Of a stretch of 64,000 bases of DNA, positions 29,569 to 39,058 are shown piece by piece. How positions within the stretch are numbered: the first letter of the stretch is position 1; every line of letters begins with the position of its first letter. Made by a program: the position numbers and the translations under genes. The stretch is taken from contig CBDANS010000007.1 in assembly GCA_965197745.1 (NCBI GenBank), forward strand, positions 1,888,001 through 1,952,000. Direction: 5' to 3'. Below the pieces are notes generated by a model. It was not told where the DNA came from. It saw only the letters and a list, made by a program, of their open reading frames with translations, and did no database searches. This DNA is from Opitutales bacterium (GTDB lineage: Bacteria; Verrucomicrobiota; Verrucomicrobiia; Opitutales; PNEW01).

Positions 29569-29835
29569 ATGAAAAGAAAAAGATATACAACAGAACAGAT
29601 CATAGCAATACTGCGGCAGCCCGATACGGGCAAAACCGTGCAGGAAGTCTGCCACGGCAACAACCTAAGTGAACAGACCTTCTATCGCTGGGGCAAAAAG
29701 TATGGCAACTTGGAGCTGGCTGATGCGAAGCGATTTAAAGAGCTGGAAAAGGAGAATACGGAGCTGAAGAAGATGCTCGCTGATCAAATGCTCAAGCTTC
29801 GGGTGTTGGAGGAAACGCTCTCAAAAAAATGGTGA
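29569..29835 (+). CDS. IS3 OrfA
   Basis: MKRKRYTTEQI...LSKKW with an A7 slippery run at 29823-29829. Confidence 0.88.
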   Translation: MKRKRYTTEQIIAILRQPDTGKTVQEVCHGNNLSEQTFYRWGKKYGNLELADAKRFKELEKENTELKKMLADQMLKLRVLEETLSKKW

Positions 29836-30263
29836 GCCCAAAGCAGAAGAAGCGAGCAGTAAAAGATGCGGCTGAGAAGGGGCTGTGCTCGTTTTAGAGG
29901 GCTTGTGCTTATCTCAGCCTCAGTTGGTCAACGTACAGCTACCGACCCAAGCAGGCCAGTAAGAAGGCTCAGCAATTGGCCGAGCGGATTTTGACCTTGT
30001 CCTGGGAACATCCCCGTTACGGTTACCGGCGCATTCGTGCCTTGCTGGTGAAAGAAGGTTGGGCGGCAAGCAGGAAATTTGTACAGGCAGTGCGACGTTC
30101 TTCGGGCTTACAGGTAAAGCCCCCGAAAAAGCGTAGACACCGTCAGGGGATCTCTACTGGGCTCCCTACTAAAGCAACCGGTCGCAATCACGTCTGGTCC
30201 TGGGACTTTGTCCATGATCGTACAGACAATGGCGGTATGCTAAAGATGATGACCTTGATCGAT

Positions 30264-30308
30264 GTACCGAGGAGCTGAAAGCGACGACACTCAAGCGAAG
30301 CGAAGACA
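30264..30308 (+). other. 45-nt GA-rich hairpin cassette replacing the Glu codon of D-E-Y-T-R
   Basis: GTACCGAGGAGCTGAAAGCGACGACACTCAAGCGAAGCGAAGACA, with an in-frame TGA at 30276. Confidence 0.85.
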
Positions 30309-30434
30309 TATACGCGTAAATGTTTACGCATCCGGGTAGCTCGACAGCTCACCTCAACCGATGTTCTCTCGGTACTCAGCGAAACCATCGATGAAGAGGG
30401 AGTTCCTAGCTATATCCGCAGTGACAACGGCAGT

Positions 30435-30468
30435 GTTCCGAGGAGCGAAGCGACGACATGCGAAGCCA
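30435..30468 (+). other. 34-nt GA-rich hairpin cassette replacing the Glu codon of DNGS-E-F
   Basis: GTTCCGAGGAGCGAAGCGACGACATGCGAAGCCA, 33/34 identical to the cassette at 16595-16628. Confidence 0.9.
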
Positions 30469-31272
30469 TTCATTGCTCATCAGGTGCAGCAGTGGTTGTC
30501 CGACAAAAAGATCAAGGCGATATATATCGATCCGGGCAGTCCCTGGCAAAACGGTTTCATCGAGTCGTTTCACAACCGCTTACGCGATGAGTGTTTGAAC
30601 CGTGAAGTGTTGCTCAGCGTGGCTGAAGCGCAAGTGCTAATAGAACAATGGCGTCAGACCTATAACAATGAACATCCCCACAGTCGATTAGGCTTTAAAA
30701 GCCCACAAGAGTTTGTCACATTCCTTTCCGCTCTTGGCCGCGTTCGGGCTACGCCCTCACTGCGCCAAGATCTCTCATATACATCAATCCTAAAACCATT
30801 AACACCCGGTAGTTCTCTCACTTAAAATTTGATACGAAATACGGGGTCCGATCATTGCTGGTAAAGATGAATACCTATCCCCGGAACAGGTTCGACGAGA
30901 TGTAACAGATGCCCGGGCTGATATTTTTTCATGTGGTATCGTATTAGCGGAATTGCTCCTCGATAATAATATTTTTGAAGAAGATCATCCCAAGTTGACC
31001 CGCAAGAATATCCTCAAAATGCCAATACCGGATTTTACAAAATTGCGCTCTGATATAGATCCTAAACTGAACGAAATCCTTCATAAAACTTTTCAGCGGG
31101 ACCGCAAGAAACGATACCAAAGTGCCGCTGAATTACTCACCGCCCTGGAAGTTTACCTCTATAGTGATGGTTATGGACCTACCATTGAAAAATTAGCGGA
31201 TTATTTGCGTAATTTATTTTCCGATAAAAAACCCGAGGCCTTAACCCATCAGTCGACGGGACCTTCTTCTTG

Positions 31273-31299
31273 ATATAATTTATATAATTTATATAATTT
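31273..31299 (+). repeat. Tandem 9-mer (ATATAATTT)x3 upstream of rpoN
   Basis: Read directly from the sequence. Confidence 0.8.
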
Positions 31300-31320
31300 A
31301 TATATTATATAAACCACCTG

Positions 31321-32760
31321 ATGAGCACACAAGGTCTACATCAAGTTCAAAAGCAGACACAAACGTTAGTATTGGCGCCACAATTGCGCCAGTCCCTTAA
31401 AATATTACAAGTGCCTGCTCTCGACCTGCGCAATGTAATTGTCGAAGAATTGCAGAATAATCCGGCTCTCGAGGAACTTCCGATAGAGGGTATCAGTATT
31501 GAAGAGACCAATGATCCAGGAGATAGCAATGAAAAAGACAGCTCCCGTGATGAACTGGAATTCAGTGATGATTTTACGGTACTCGATAAAATGGCGAGCG
31601 ACTGGAACGATATCTATGCCCAGGATGGAGTTAGTTTTTCTCCCGAAGCAGCAGATAGTCGTCAGCATTTCTTTGATTCTCTCACCAGTGAGACATCCCT
31701 TCAGGAACATCTAATGCGCCAGGCAGAGCTATCTGATGCACCCCAGGATGTAATAAACGCCCTCGAATACCTGGTGGGTAGCCTCGATGATCATGGTTTC
31801 CTCACTACCGCGCTCTCTGATCTTGCGCTGATGAGTGATCTTCCCCTTAACACCGTGCAGGAGGCACATAAACTTCTAAAAACCCTTGATCCACCAGGCA
31901 TTGGTAGCGCCAACCTTCAAGAATGTATCCTTACCCAACTTATGATTGAGGGCAAGGAGGAGAGCATCGCCGCAGTTATTATTAAAAGTCATTTTGAGCT
32001 ATTACTGCGACGCCGTATTCCGGATATTGCCCGTAAATCCGATGTGAGTATTGAAGAAGTAGAGGCCGCTCTCGAAGAAATCGCTTCACTCGACCCGTCG
32101 CCGGGCCGCAGATTCAGCGATGATAATAACCGTGTCGTTGTCCCCGATGTAAAAGTAGAAAAAGATGGGGAAAGCTGGGTTTTAGTAATGAATAATGACT
32201 ACATTCCAAGGCTCAGGCTAAGCTCAACTTATAAGGATCTCATCGCCAAGGGTAAACTCTCTTCATCTGAAAAAGAATACATCCAGGAGAAAGTGAGATC
32301 AGGAAAATTTCTTATCAGTTCTATCGAACAGCGCCAGCAGACGATCGAACGTATCACGCGACAAATTCTCAAGTTCCAAAATGATTTTTTTGAACAAGGA
32401 GTATCCCATCTCAAGCCGCTGACCATGAACCAGGTCGCCGAAACCGTTGGAGTGCACGAAACCACGGTTAGTCGGGCCATCGCCAATAAATATATCGATA
32501 CACCCCATGGCGTTTTCCCCCTTAAATATTTTTTCACCTCAGGTTATATCGCTGATGGTGGTGAAGCGATATCCAACACCAGTATTAAGGAGCGCCTCTC
32601 CCAGATAATAAGCACGGAAAATCAGGCTAAACCCTTTAGTGACCAGGAAATAGTAAAAATACTCTCCGAACGCGATATAAAGATAGCCCGTCGCACGGTG
32701 GCCAAGTATCGGGAAGAATTAGGCATCTCCCCCACCAACCTGCGCCGAAAGTATTCCTGA
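31321..32760 (+). CDS. rpoN: RNA polymerase sigma-54 factor
   Basis: 'HETTVSRA' HTH and RpoN box 'ARRTVAKYRE'. Confidence 0.97.
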   Translation: MSTQGLHQVQKQTQTLVLAPQLRQSLKILQVPALDLRNVIVEELQNNPALEELPIEGISIEETNDPGDSNEKDSSRDELEFSDDFTVLDKMASDWNDIYAQDGVSFSPEAADSRQHFFDSLTSETSLQEHLMRQAELSDAPQDVINALEYLVGSLDDHGFLTTALSDLALMSDLPLNTVQEAHKLLKTLDPPGIGSANLQECILTQLMIEGKEESIAAVIIKSHFELLLRRRIPDIARKSDVSIEEVEAALEEIASLDPSPGRRFSDDNNRVVVPDVKVEKDGESWVLVMNNDYIPRLRLSSTYKDLIAKGKLSSSEKEYIQEKVRSGKFLISSIEQRQQTIERITRQILKFQNDFFEQGVSHLKPLTMNQVAETVGVHETTVSRAIANKYIDTPHGVFPLKYFFTSGYIADGGEAISNTSIKERLSQIISTENQAKPFSDQEIVKILSERDIKIARRTVAKYREELGISPTNLRRKYS

Positions 32761-32776
32761 ACGCGCAAAAGGGAAA

Positions 32777-33292
32777 CTATGGGGAGGAAGCGTGATGCCT
32801 TTCCAGATGAGCCACGCCGCCTTCGCCGAAATAAATTCTTTTAAACGAATCAAGAAGAACCCTGATTTTCTCAACCTGCTTTGCATCAACAGTCTGTTTG
32901 CACTTCATGGCGTGTACGAGAATTTTATGTAAGACAACGAGTTTTTCCTGGTAGGCCTCATGTCCCTCGGCGTTATCACTATTGACTGGCTTGATTCTTT
33001 GAAAGAGAAAATATTGGGTTACAATATGCTGTATTTTATTCGCGTGTTCTTCCTTATTATTAACCCATCGAACTAACTGGTTGTAATTTTTATCATCCTC
33101 TATGGATAGCTTTCGGATCTCAGTCATTGATTTTTCAATCGTCTGGCAATTCTCTTCAATCATATCGATTCGCATTGCGTCTCCGTAGATACCACAGGGA
33201 ATTTCGCAATGGGCAAAAGCAACTGGCGATGGTGCGATAATAAATAAAGCTGCAACCACCGATAATCTTATTTTTTGAGTCATTCTTTTCAT
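32777..33292 (-). CDS. sodN: Nickel superoxide dismutase precursor
   Basis: Ni-hook HCEIPCGIY after a 27-aa leader ending AFA, plus 'RWVNNKEEHA'. Confidence 0.88.
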   Translation of the reverse strand: MKRMTQKIRLSVVAALFIIAPSPVAFAHCEIPCGIYGDAMRIDMIEENCQTIEKSMTEIRKLSIEDDKNYNQLVRWVNNKEEHANKIQHIVTQYFLFQRIKPVNSDNAEGHEAYQEKLVVLHKILVHAMKCKQTVDAKQVEKIRVLLDSFKRIYFGEGGVAHLERHHASSP

Positions 33293-33351
33293 ATTGTTCC
33301 TTAGTGTTTTATAATCTTGAACTATCAAATAAAGGAGTGCATGCAAATTAA

Positions 33352-34041
33352 ATGTCAACAGCGTTCGGCAACTCTCTGAATTCACAGACTTTACTTCTTT
33401 TAGATGCCAGTTCTTTAGTCATTCAGACGGGATTATTGCGAGAGGGGAAGTGGGCAGCTTATATCGAATCTAAAGAGGAATCACTGAATTCACTTTTTAC
33501 GGGAACTGATACATGCCTGAAAAAAGCACAGTGTGATCTCGAGACCATTGATGGTTTTATCTTATGTCAAGGACCCGGTTCAATTCTGGGATTAAGGCTA
33601 ACGATTATGGCTGTTAAAACCTGGCGGACGCTACCTTCTCTTCGCAGGACCAACCTCTATCTCTATGGCAGTCTGGAAATAGCCGCCGCTCTTCATTCAA
33701 CGCGAAATATATCGCAACCATTTCATTTTATATCAGATTATAATAAAGATCATTGGAACCTCTTAACTGTAGTAAATAACGATCATCATCTAATACAGGT
33801 GAGCACGGAATATTTAAATAATCTCAACGGTCCTATTTGGCATATTCCTCAACGACATAACGTGAAAGCGCCACCGTCTCAGGTGAAAACCCTGGAATAT
33901 TCTCTCAAAGACCTGCCCCTGGTTCTCGACCGGACTTCACTTTTTCATCAATATAATGATCTCAGCCAAATTAAACCCGGTAAATCAAATTTTACTAAAT
34001 GGCACAGTAACCGCCATCGTAAATATTCAGAGAAGGATTGA
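33352..34041 (+). CDS. tsaB: TsaB/YeaZ-like protein (divergent)
   Basis: 'LLLDAS' and 'GPGSILGLR' (canonical GPGSFTGLR). Confidence 0.6.
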   Translation: MSTAFGNSLNSQTLLLLDASSLVIQTGLLREGKWAAYIESKEESLNSLFTGTDTCLKKAQCDLETIDGFILCQGPGSILGLRLTIMAVKTWRTLPSLRRTNLYLYGSLEIAAALHSTRNISQPFHFISDYNKDHWNLLTVVNNDHHLIQVSTEYLNNLNGPIWHIPQRHNVKAPPSQVKTLEYSLKDLPLVLDRTSLFHQYNDLSQIKPGKSNFTKWHSNRHRKYSEKD

Positions 34042-35201
34042 CCCTATTGAACGCATCAATTTCAAAAAATCCTCACTTGCGTTGTTGGGCAGAAATTGAC
34101 CTCTCTGCGCTTGAACGTAATCTAAATCGAATACGGGCAGCTCTACCGGATCATATCCGATTTGTAGCAGTGGTGAAAGCTGATGCCTATGGACATGGAA
34201 TGCAGCAAACTGTCACCCGTCTCATGCATAGTGAGACTGATCTTTTTGCCGTAGCCAACGTGCGTGAAGGGGCAGAGATCCGTGAAATTGGAAGTGGATG
34301 GCCGATATTAGTCTTAAGTTCATTACTCCCGGAAGAAGATAGACAGATTATCGAATATAATTTGATCCCTACCATCTCTACGACCGAGGAGGTGGATCGG
34401 TTTTCCTTGATGGGGAAAGAAACGAATCGTGTTATTCCTGTCCATCTAAAGATTGATACAGGAATGGGACGACTCGGTGTCTGGCATGAGCATGCCGTGG
34501 AACTCTATGAATTTATCAGGAAAAAAGCAGCACTTAAACTTGAAGGGATCTATACCCATTTTTCCAGTGCGGATAGCGATGCGGAATTTACCAATATACA
34601 GCGTAATCTTTTTTTAGAGATACTGCAAAAATTAAGAGGTCTGGACCCCGATAAAATACTTATTCACGCCGATAATAGTGCCGGACTGGAATCATTCACA
34701 CCCGGTCAACCCTTTAACGCGGTACGCGTTGGCTTACTTCAGTTTGGAGTCCTGCCCTATCCCGATTCCCTTCTCGCTCGCGTGAAAGTGGAACCTGTCT
34801 TCAGTTTTCATAGCCGTCTCAGTATTATCAAGAACTTACCCACGGGAACAGGGATCAGTTACGGTCGCACCCATTCCTTGAAACGTGATTCACGCATCGG
34901 CATTATCACTGCCGGCTATGCCGACGGAATTCCCACCACAATAAGCAATAAAGGCTGGGTGCTAATCAAGGGTAAGCGTTGTCCTATCCTCGGTCGAGTG
35001 ACCATGGATCAGACTGTCGTTGATGTAACAGATCTCATTGACGCAACCAGCGGGGACCGAACCACACTCATTGGGAGACAGGGCGATGAGGAAATAGAAG
35101 TAACAACTTTCAGTGATTGGGCCATGTCTATCCCCTGGGAAACTTATTGCTCAATCACTAAACGTGTACCACGTATTTACCGTACAGATACTGCCATTTA
35201 A
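34038..35201 (+). CDS. alr: Alanine racemase
   Basis: '[10 protein letters not shown]', '[10 protein letters not shown]', 'GYADG', 'GRVTMDQ'. Confidence 0.96.
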   Translation: MTLLNASISKNPHLRCWAEIDLSALERNLNRIRAALPDHIRFVAVVKADAYGHGMQQTVTRLMHSETDLFAVANVREGAEIREIGSGWPILVLSSLLPEEDRQIIEYNLIPTISTTEEVDRFSLMGKETNRVIPVHLKIDTGMGRLGVWHEHAVELYEFIRKKAALKLEGIYTHFSSADSDAEFTNIQRNLFLEILQKLRGLDPDKILIHADNSAGLESFTPGQPFNAVRVGLLQFGVLPYPDSLLARVKVEPVFSFHSRLSIIKNLPTGTGISYGRTHSLKRDSRIGIITAGYADGIPTTISNKGWVLIKGKRCPILGRVTMDQTVVDVTDLIDATSGDRTTLIGRQGDEEIEVTTFSDWAMSIPWETYCSITKRVPRIYRTDTAI

Positions 35202-35237
35202 ATACCCTATTTCCGATGAATCAGGAAAATCCCTGTT

Positions 35238-35846
35238 CTATTCTTTCCTCTCCTTTAGCCAGCTAACAAGCTCTTTCAGCGCTGTTGCACGGTGACTCAT
35301 TTTTGATTTCACCGACTCGCCAAGCTCTCCAAATGTTTGTCCATAGCCATTTGGCATAAATAAGGGATCATACCCAAACCCTTCATTTCCTGCAGGTTCA
35401 TCGGTAATAAAGCCTTCACAATTCCCGCGGAATACTTTTTCAATTCCTCCAGGACCTGAAAGGACAAGCGCGCAAAAAAAACGCGCTGATCTTTTGGCCT
35501 CATTTATTCCCTTCAGTTCACTAAGTAATTTTCGATTGTTTTTCTCATCATCAGCATTAGATCCTGCGTACCGCGATGAATGAATCCCCGGCTTACCACG
35601 AAGAGCGTCTACGATTAATCCACTGTCATCAGCAAGAATCCAGGCATCCTGTGGAGCCTTATTTTTTAAAGCTTTCGCTTTCAATTTTGCATTACCAATA
35701 AATGAATCCTCTGTTTCCAGGACTTCGGGCATACCCCCTGCGGCCATTGCCGACAAAATCTCGACGTTCAAATCGGTAGCTTTGAATATCCCGGAGATCT
35801 CTTCAACTTTGCAGGAATTAGCTGTCGCCAGGTAAATTGTTATCAT
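35238..35846 (-). CDS. rdgB: Non-canonical purine NTP pyrophosphatase (Ham1)
   Basis: 'ADDSGL', 'GFGYDPLF', 'SHR'. Confidence 0.93.
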   Translation of the reverse strand: MITIYLATANSCKVEEISGIFKATDLNVEILSAMAAGGMPEVLETEDSFIGNAKLKAKALKNKAPQDAWILADDSGLIVDALRGKPGIHSSRYAGSNADDEKNNRKLLSELKGINEAKRSARFFCALVLSGPGGIEKVFRGNCEGFITDEPAGNEGFGYDPLFMPNGYGQTFGELGESVKSKMSHRATALKELVSWLKERKE

Positions 35847-35854
35847 TCTAAATT

Positions 35855-36979
35855 TTAATCAGGATATGTAACATACCCTCGCATCAATTCATCTCCCTCA
35901 AATGTAGCGTGACATACTTGCTCCAGGGTTATTGCATCATTCATATCTTCAACACGACGCCCATGAAACGCGGGAAGGGATTCAGAATCAGCCAGGATTT
36001 TTGGGGCGCGATAACAGAATAAATAGTTCAGTTCACTGGAATTAAGCAGGGAACTGACTGTTTTAGCGCCACCTTCAAAATAAACCCCAATTAAATTATC
36101 ATTAATACAGTGTTGGCGGAAATTACTCCAATCTATCAACCCCTTATTGGCTGTAACTTCCCAGAGAGAGATACCGCTATCGAGTAATCTTTTTTTTGCC
36201 CCTGTATCGGCATCTTCATCTGTGACAACTATGGTTTTTTCTTTGTCGGCATCACTATATACCTTAGGCAGGAGTTTCATTACAGTACTCAAATGCGGAT
36301 CAATTATTATGCGCTTCGGGCACCAGTCATCTTCACCAGCTCTGCGGCTGCTTAGATTTGGATTATCGGAGAGGACCGTCTTTGCCCCTACCGCTATGGC
36401 CGGAAAAAGACGCCTCCAAAGCATCACATCTTTTCGTGCCTGAGGTCCGGAAATCCACTTAGAGTGTCCGCTGCTTGTGGCAATTCGACCGTCCATTGTC
36501 GTCGCCAATTTAGCTGCGAGGAGGGGGGACTTAAATTCAATCCAATAATTATAGACTAAATTAAGATCCTCACACTCTTTCCCTAAGATGCCCGCTTCTA
36601 TTTTAATCCCGGCATTTTTCAGAATATTGAGACCCTGTCCCGCATGTTGCGGGTTAGGATCAGTCGCCCCTACTATCACTCGCTTAATACCCGAGTTGAT
36701 GATGGCCTCGACACAGGGAGGGGTACGTCCGTGGGTAGAACAGGGTTCAAGCGTAACATAAAGCGTCGCATCTTCAGAGAGAGGCCCCTTTATTTGATCG
36801 AGCGCGTTTATTTCAGCATGCGCTTCACCCGCACAGTGATGAAATCCCTCACCTCGGACAACCCCAAGGTCTACTACCACAGCCCCCACCATGGGATTAG
36901 GATGTGTTTTGCCCCAGCCTTTGCGCGCCAATTGCAAAGCCTGTCCCATGTAGTGCTTGTTGTCACCATCCATCATCAA
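35855..36979 (-). CDS. ribD: Riboflavin biosynthesis deaminase/reductase
   Basis: 'PNPMVGAV', 'HAE', 'LEPCSTHGRTPPC', 'EGG'. Confidence 0.95.
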   Translation of the reverse strand: MMMDGDNKHYMGQALQLARKGWGKTHPNPMVGAVVVDLGVVRGEGFHHCAGEAHAEINALDQIKGPLSEDATLYVTLEPCSTHGRTPPCVEAIINSGIKRVIVGATDPNPQHAGQGLNILKNAGIKIEAGILGKECEDLNLVYNYWIEFKSPLLAAKLATTMDGRIATSSGHSKWISGPQARKDVMLWRRLFPAIAVGAKTVLSDNPNLSSRRAGEDDWCPKRIIIDPHLSTVMKLLPKVYSDADKEKTIVVTDEDADTGAKKRLLDSGISLWEVTANKGLIDWSNFRQHCINDNLIGVYFEGGAKTVSSLLNSSELNYLFCYRAPKILADSESLPAFHGRRVEDMNDAITLEQVCHATFEGDELMRGYVTYPD

Positions 36980-37086
36980 TATACAATCGGAACCTGCTCC
37001 GATATATGGGGAGGAAGACTATAAGTGGCAAATTAAATTCCAGATCTAAATAATAAATTATATCAGACCAGCAAACTATGGCTCAT

Positions 37087-38484
37087 TTAATTAACGGTGG
37101 TTTCTACAACAATGATAAAAATTTCAGTGCCATCTTCATTCGAAAAGCCAGCAGCGATGCTTTGTGTCGGTTGTTCAGTTCCATCCGATTTGATATTATT
37201 TTGTGAAATCACTGTCGAAAATCCTGGCGTTGTCGAACCGCTGGGTGCCACATTGACAGAAGCCCCATTGCTCTGTTGCAGGTTCCCCCCGGTAATTCTC
37301 ATGCCGGGATTACTAGCGCCTATGGTAAAGGATTCTTCACCCACTACCAGGTATGGGGTTGCGCTCCCCGATGCATTGATATCTCCCACCGTTACGCGAA
37401 TCGCGACCGGCACGCCTCGTGCATCGATGCCTACTTTTCCACTTGTCCCAGAGAACCTTGCATTAGAGCACTGAATTCCCCCGAAAGCCATGGAGTCAAC
37501 AACCTCCAGCAACGCCGCGTCAGCCTGGGCATCATAGACTGTACCCTCGGGAAACAATGACTGGTTTACAGCATTGATTGTCCCGACTGTAAATAAGCTG
37601 AAAAAGGTATTTGTATTCGCTCTTTTTATGGTAAAACTCGGTCGCCCTTTTACATAAGAGACACTTTGATTATATTTAATCGGCGGGGCTGGGCCACTGA
37701 ATGTGGTGGGATCAAGTTCGATAGTGAGTGTGCCCACTCCAGAAAATTCAGCCTGTACGATATCATCATTTTCATCGATAAATGAAACCCGGGTGATTTT
37801 ATCTGTTTCAGCCTGGACGGTAACGTTTTGGCCGGTAAGAAGAACCTGATCAAAAATATTTCCACTCGGGTGCTGAATATCTGTTCCTACCGTATCACCT
37901 GATCCGTCAATAACAATTCCGACACCCGTTAAGGGAGTAAATCCAAAGTCATCAATTGCCGTTAAACTCTCCGTGATATTAAATGTAACTGCAGGATCAT
38001 CAATTAAGAGAATCTTTCCAATACCATCTGGGGCTCCAAGATTTAAGGCATTAAAAGTAATAAACTGTGGTTCCAATTCAGGCAATAGGCTTGTTGGCAG
38101 ACCAGTTACTGAGATAAGTAAGTTATCATTGGTGTCATAGACCTCTACAAAACCATCAAATCCGATTAGATTTGCCGCATAAAATTCAACGATCAAGGCT
38201 GGAGTCTCAAATGTTATGGACCCTATCTCTCCATTCAAAATTGACCACGTATGTGTCGGTGAATGGGCAAGTTGTGTTGCCAATGTTCCAGCTCCGGCAA
38301 AACCGTTTTCAAAAAGTGCGGTAAATGGAGGGGTCCCAATAGAAAAAAATAGTCTTGAATCCTCCGGGATGTCTTCAAAATTAGTAAATATCTCTTGATC
38401 TTCCGGCGCCGCAGTTAACCAGGCAGCTGAACCAAATAGAACCGTTGTGATTACACGCCAAAATATGCGGGGGTTATTTATCAT
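37087..38484 (-). CDS. Secreted hypothetical protein (beta-rich, two domains)
   Basis: Signal-peptide-like N-terminus, G/T/S/F-rich. Confidence 0.75.
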   Translation of the reverse strand: MINNPRIFWRVITTVLFGSAAWLTAAPEDQEIFTNFEDIPEDSRLFFSIGTPPFTALFENGFAGAGTLATQLAHSPTHTWSILNGEIGSITFETPALIVEFYAANLIGFDGFVEVYDTNDNLLISVTGLPTSLLPELEPQFITFNALNLGAPDGIGKILLIDDPAVTFNITESLTAIDDFGFTPLTGVGIVIDGSGDTVGTDIQHPSGNIFDQVLLTGQNVTVQAETDKITRVSFIDENDDIVQAEFSGVGTLTIELDPTTFSGPAPPIKYNQSVSYVKGRPSFTIKRANTNTFFSLFTVGTINAVNQSLFPEGTVYDAQADAALLEVVDSMAFGGIQCSNARFSGTSGKVGIDARGVPVAIRVTVGDINASGSATPYLVVGEESFTIGASNPGMRITGGNLQQSNGASVNVAPSGSTTPGFSTVISQNNIKSDGTEQPTQSIAAGFSNEDGTEIFIIVVETTVN

Positions 38485-39058
38485 GGCTTAATTTGAAAAG
38501 CTAAGCTTCAGCTTTTTATTGATTTGGGGATTATGAAGTTTGGGAAATTAGCTTTTAGAGGCAATCTGTTCAAGCGTTTTTTAAGGGTCTGTCAATATCA
38601 CTCTTTAGATTTTAAAGCATTGAATTTCTGTTATTTAGGGAATTCAATAGAATCTTTTATTCTATAAAAAGTAACTTCATAGACTCAAAAACAGCCTCAA
38701 ATTCAGATAAATATGCAATATCCGTATTCAACCCTTGTTAGGGTTTAATTATTTCGACTTTGAATAAACATTTCTGTTCCCCTTTTGCTTATCGTTTCTA
38801 CGCTATTATTTTATTCTGAATATTTGCGGCACAAACTTCACTTTTAAATTAATTCCCGGACCTATAATTATTAAGCGTCGAGAGCATGGGCTCTGTCTCT
38901 TTAATCGCGCATAACTCAATAACGGTGCTATTTAAAAATTACACCTATCTTATTTACTTCAACGCTGGCTTCGTTACACCGATCTTATTTTGTTTTATTG
39001 CTATCATTTGAAATTTAATTTTTAACCAGAAGCAAAATAGGCAATAACCCTGATTAAT

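Larger units (their letters stand above)
29829..30825 (+). pseudogene. IS3 orfB with nonsense codon (TAG 29895) and two cassette insertions
   Basis: WSWDF, DNGS and NGFIESF motifs, with lesions at 29895, 30264-30308 and 30435-30468. Confidence 0.9.
29504..30854 (+). mobile_element. Second, divergent IS3-family element (1351 bp, inactivated) with 4-bp TSD TTGC
   Basis: IRs TGGAGTGACCCCCAAAAATGGTATCA / TGATCGGACCCCGTATTTCGTATCA. TTGC at 29500-29503 and 30855-30858. Confidence 0.95.
28940..31273 (+). pseudogene. Hanks-type Ser/Thr protein kinase, frameshifted (+G at ~29131) and interrupted by an IS
   Basis: 'GGMGEVY', 'VAIK', 'HRDVNPKN', 'DFG'. Removing the IS restores 'EVIAGKDEYLSPEQ'. Confidence 0.92.

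Noticed and set aside
30276..30278. Selenocysteine or readthrough at the in-frame TGA
   Set aside because: The TGA lies in inserted DNA in a gene already broken by a TAG and a frameshift.
30264..30468. Cassettes as CRISPR repeats, introns or attC sites
   Set aside because: There is no regular repeat-spacer array or cas gene. They are far too short for self-splicing introns, removal of one contiguous block does not restore the Glu codon, and there are no attC R-box ends.
38485..39058. Leu-rich leader peptide upstream of leuB
   Set aside because: I found no convincing Leu-codon uORF plus terminator.
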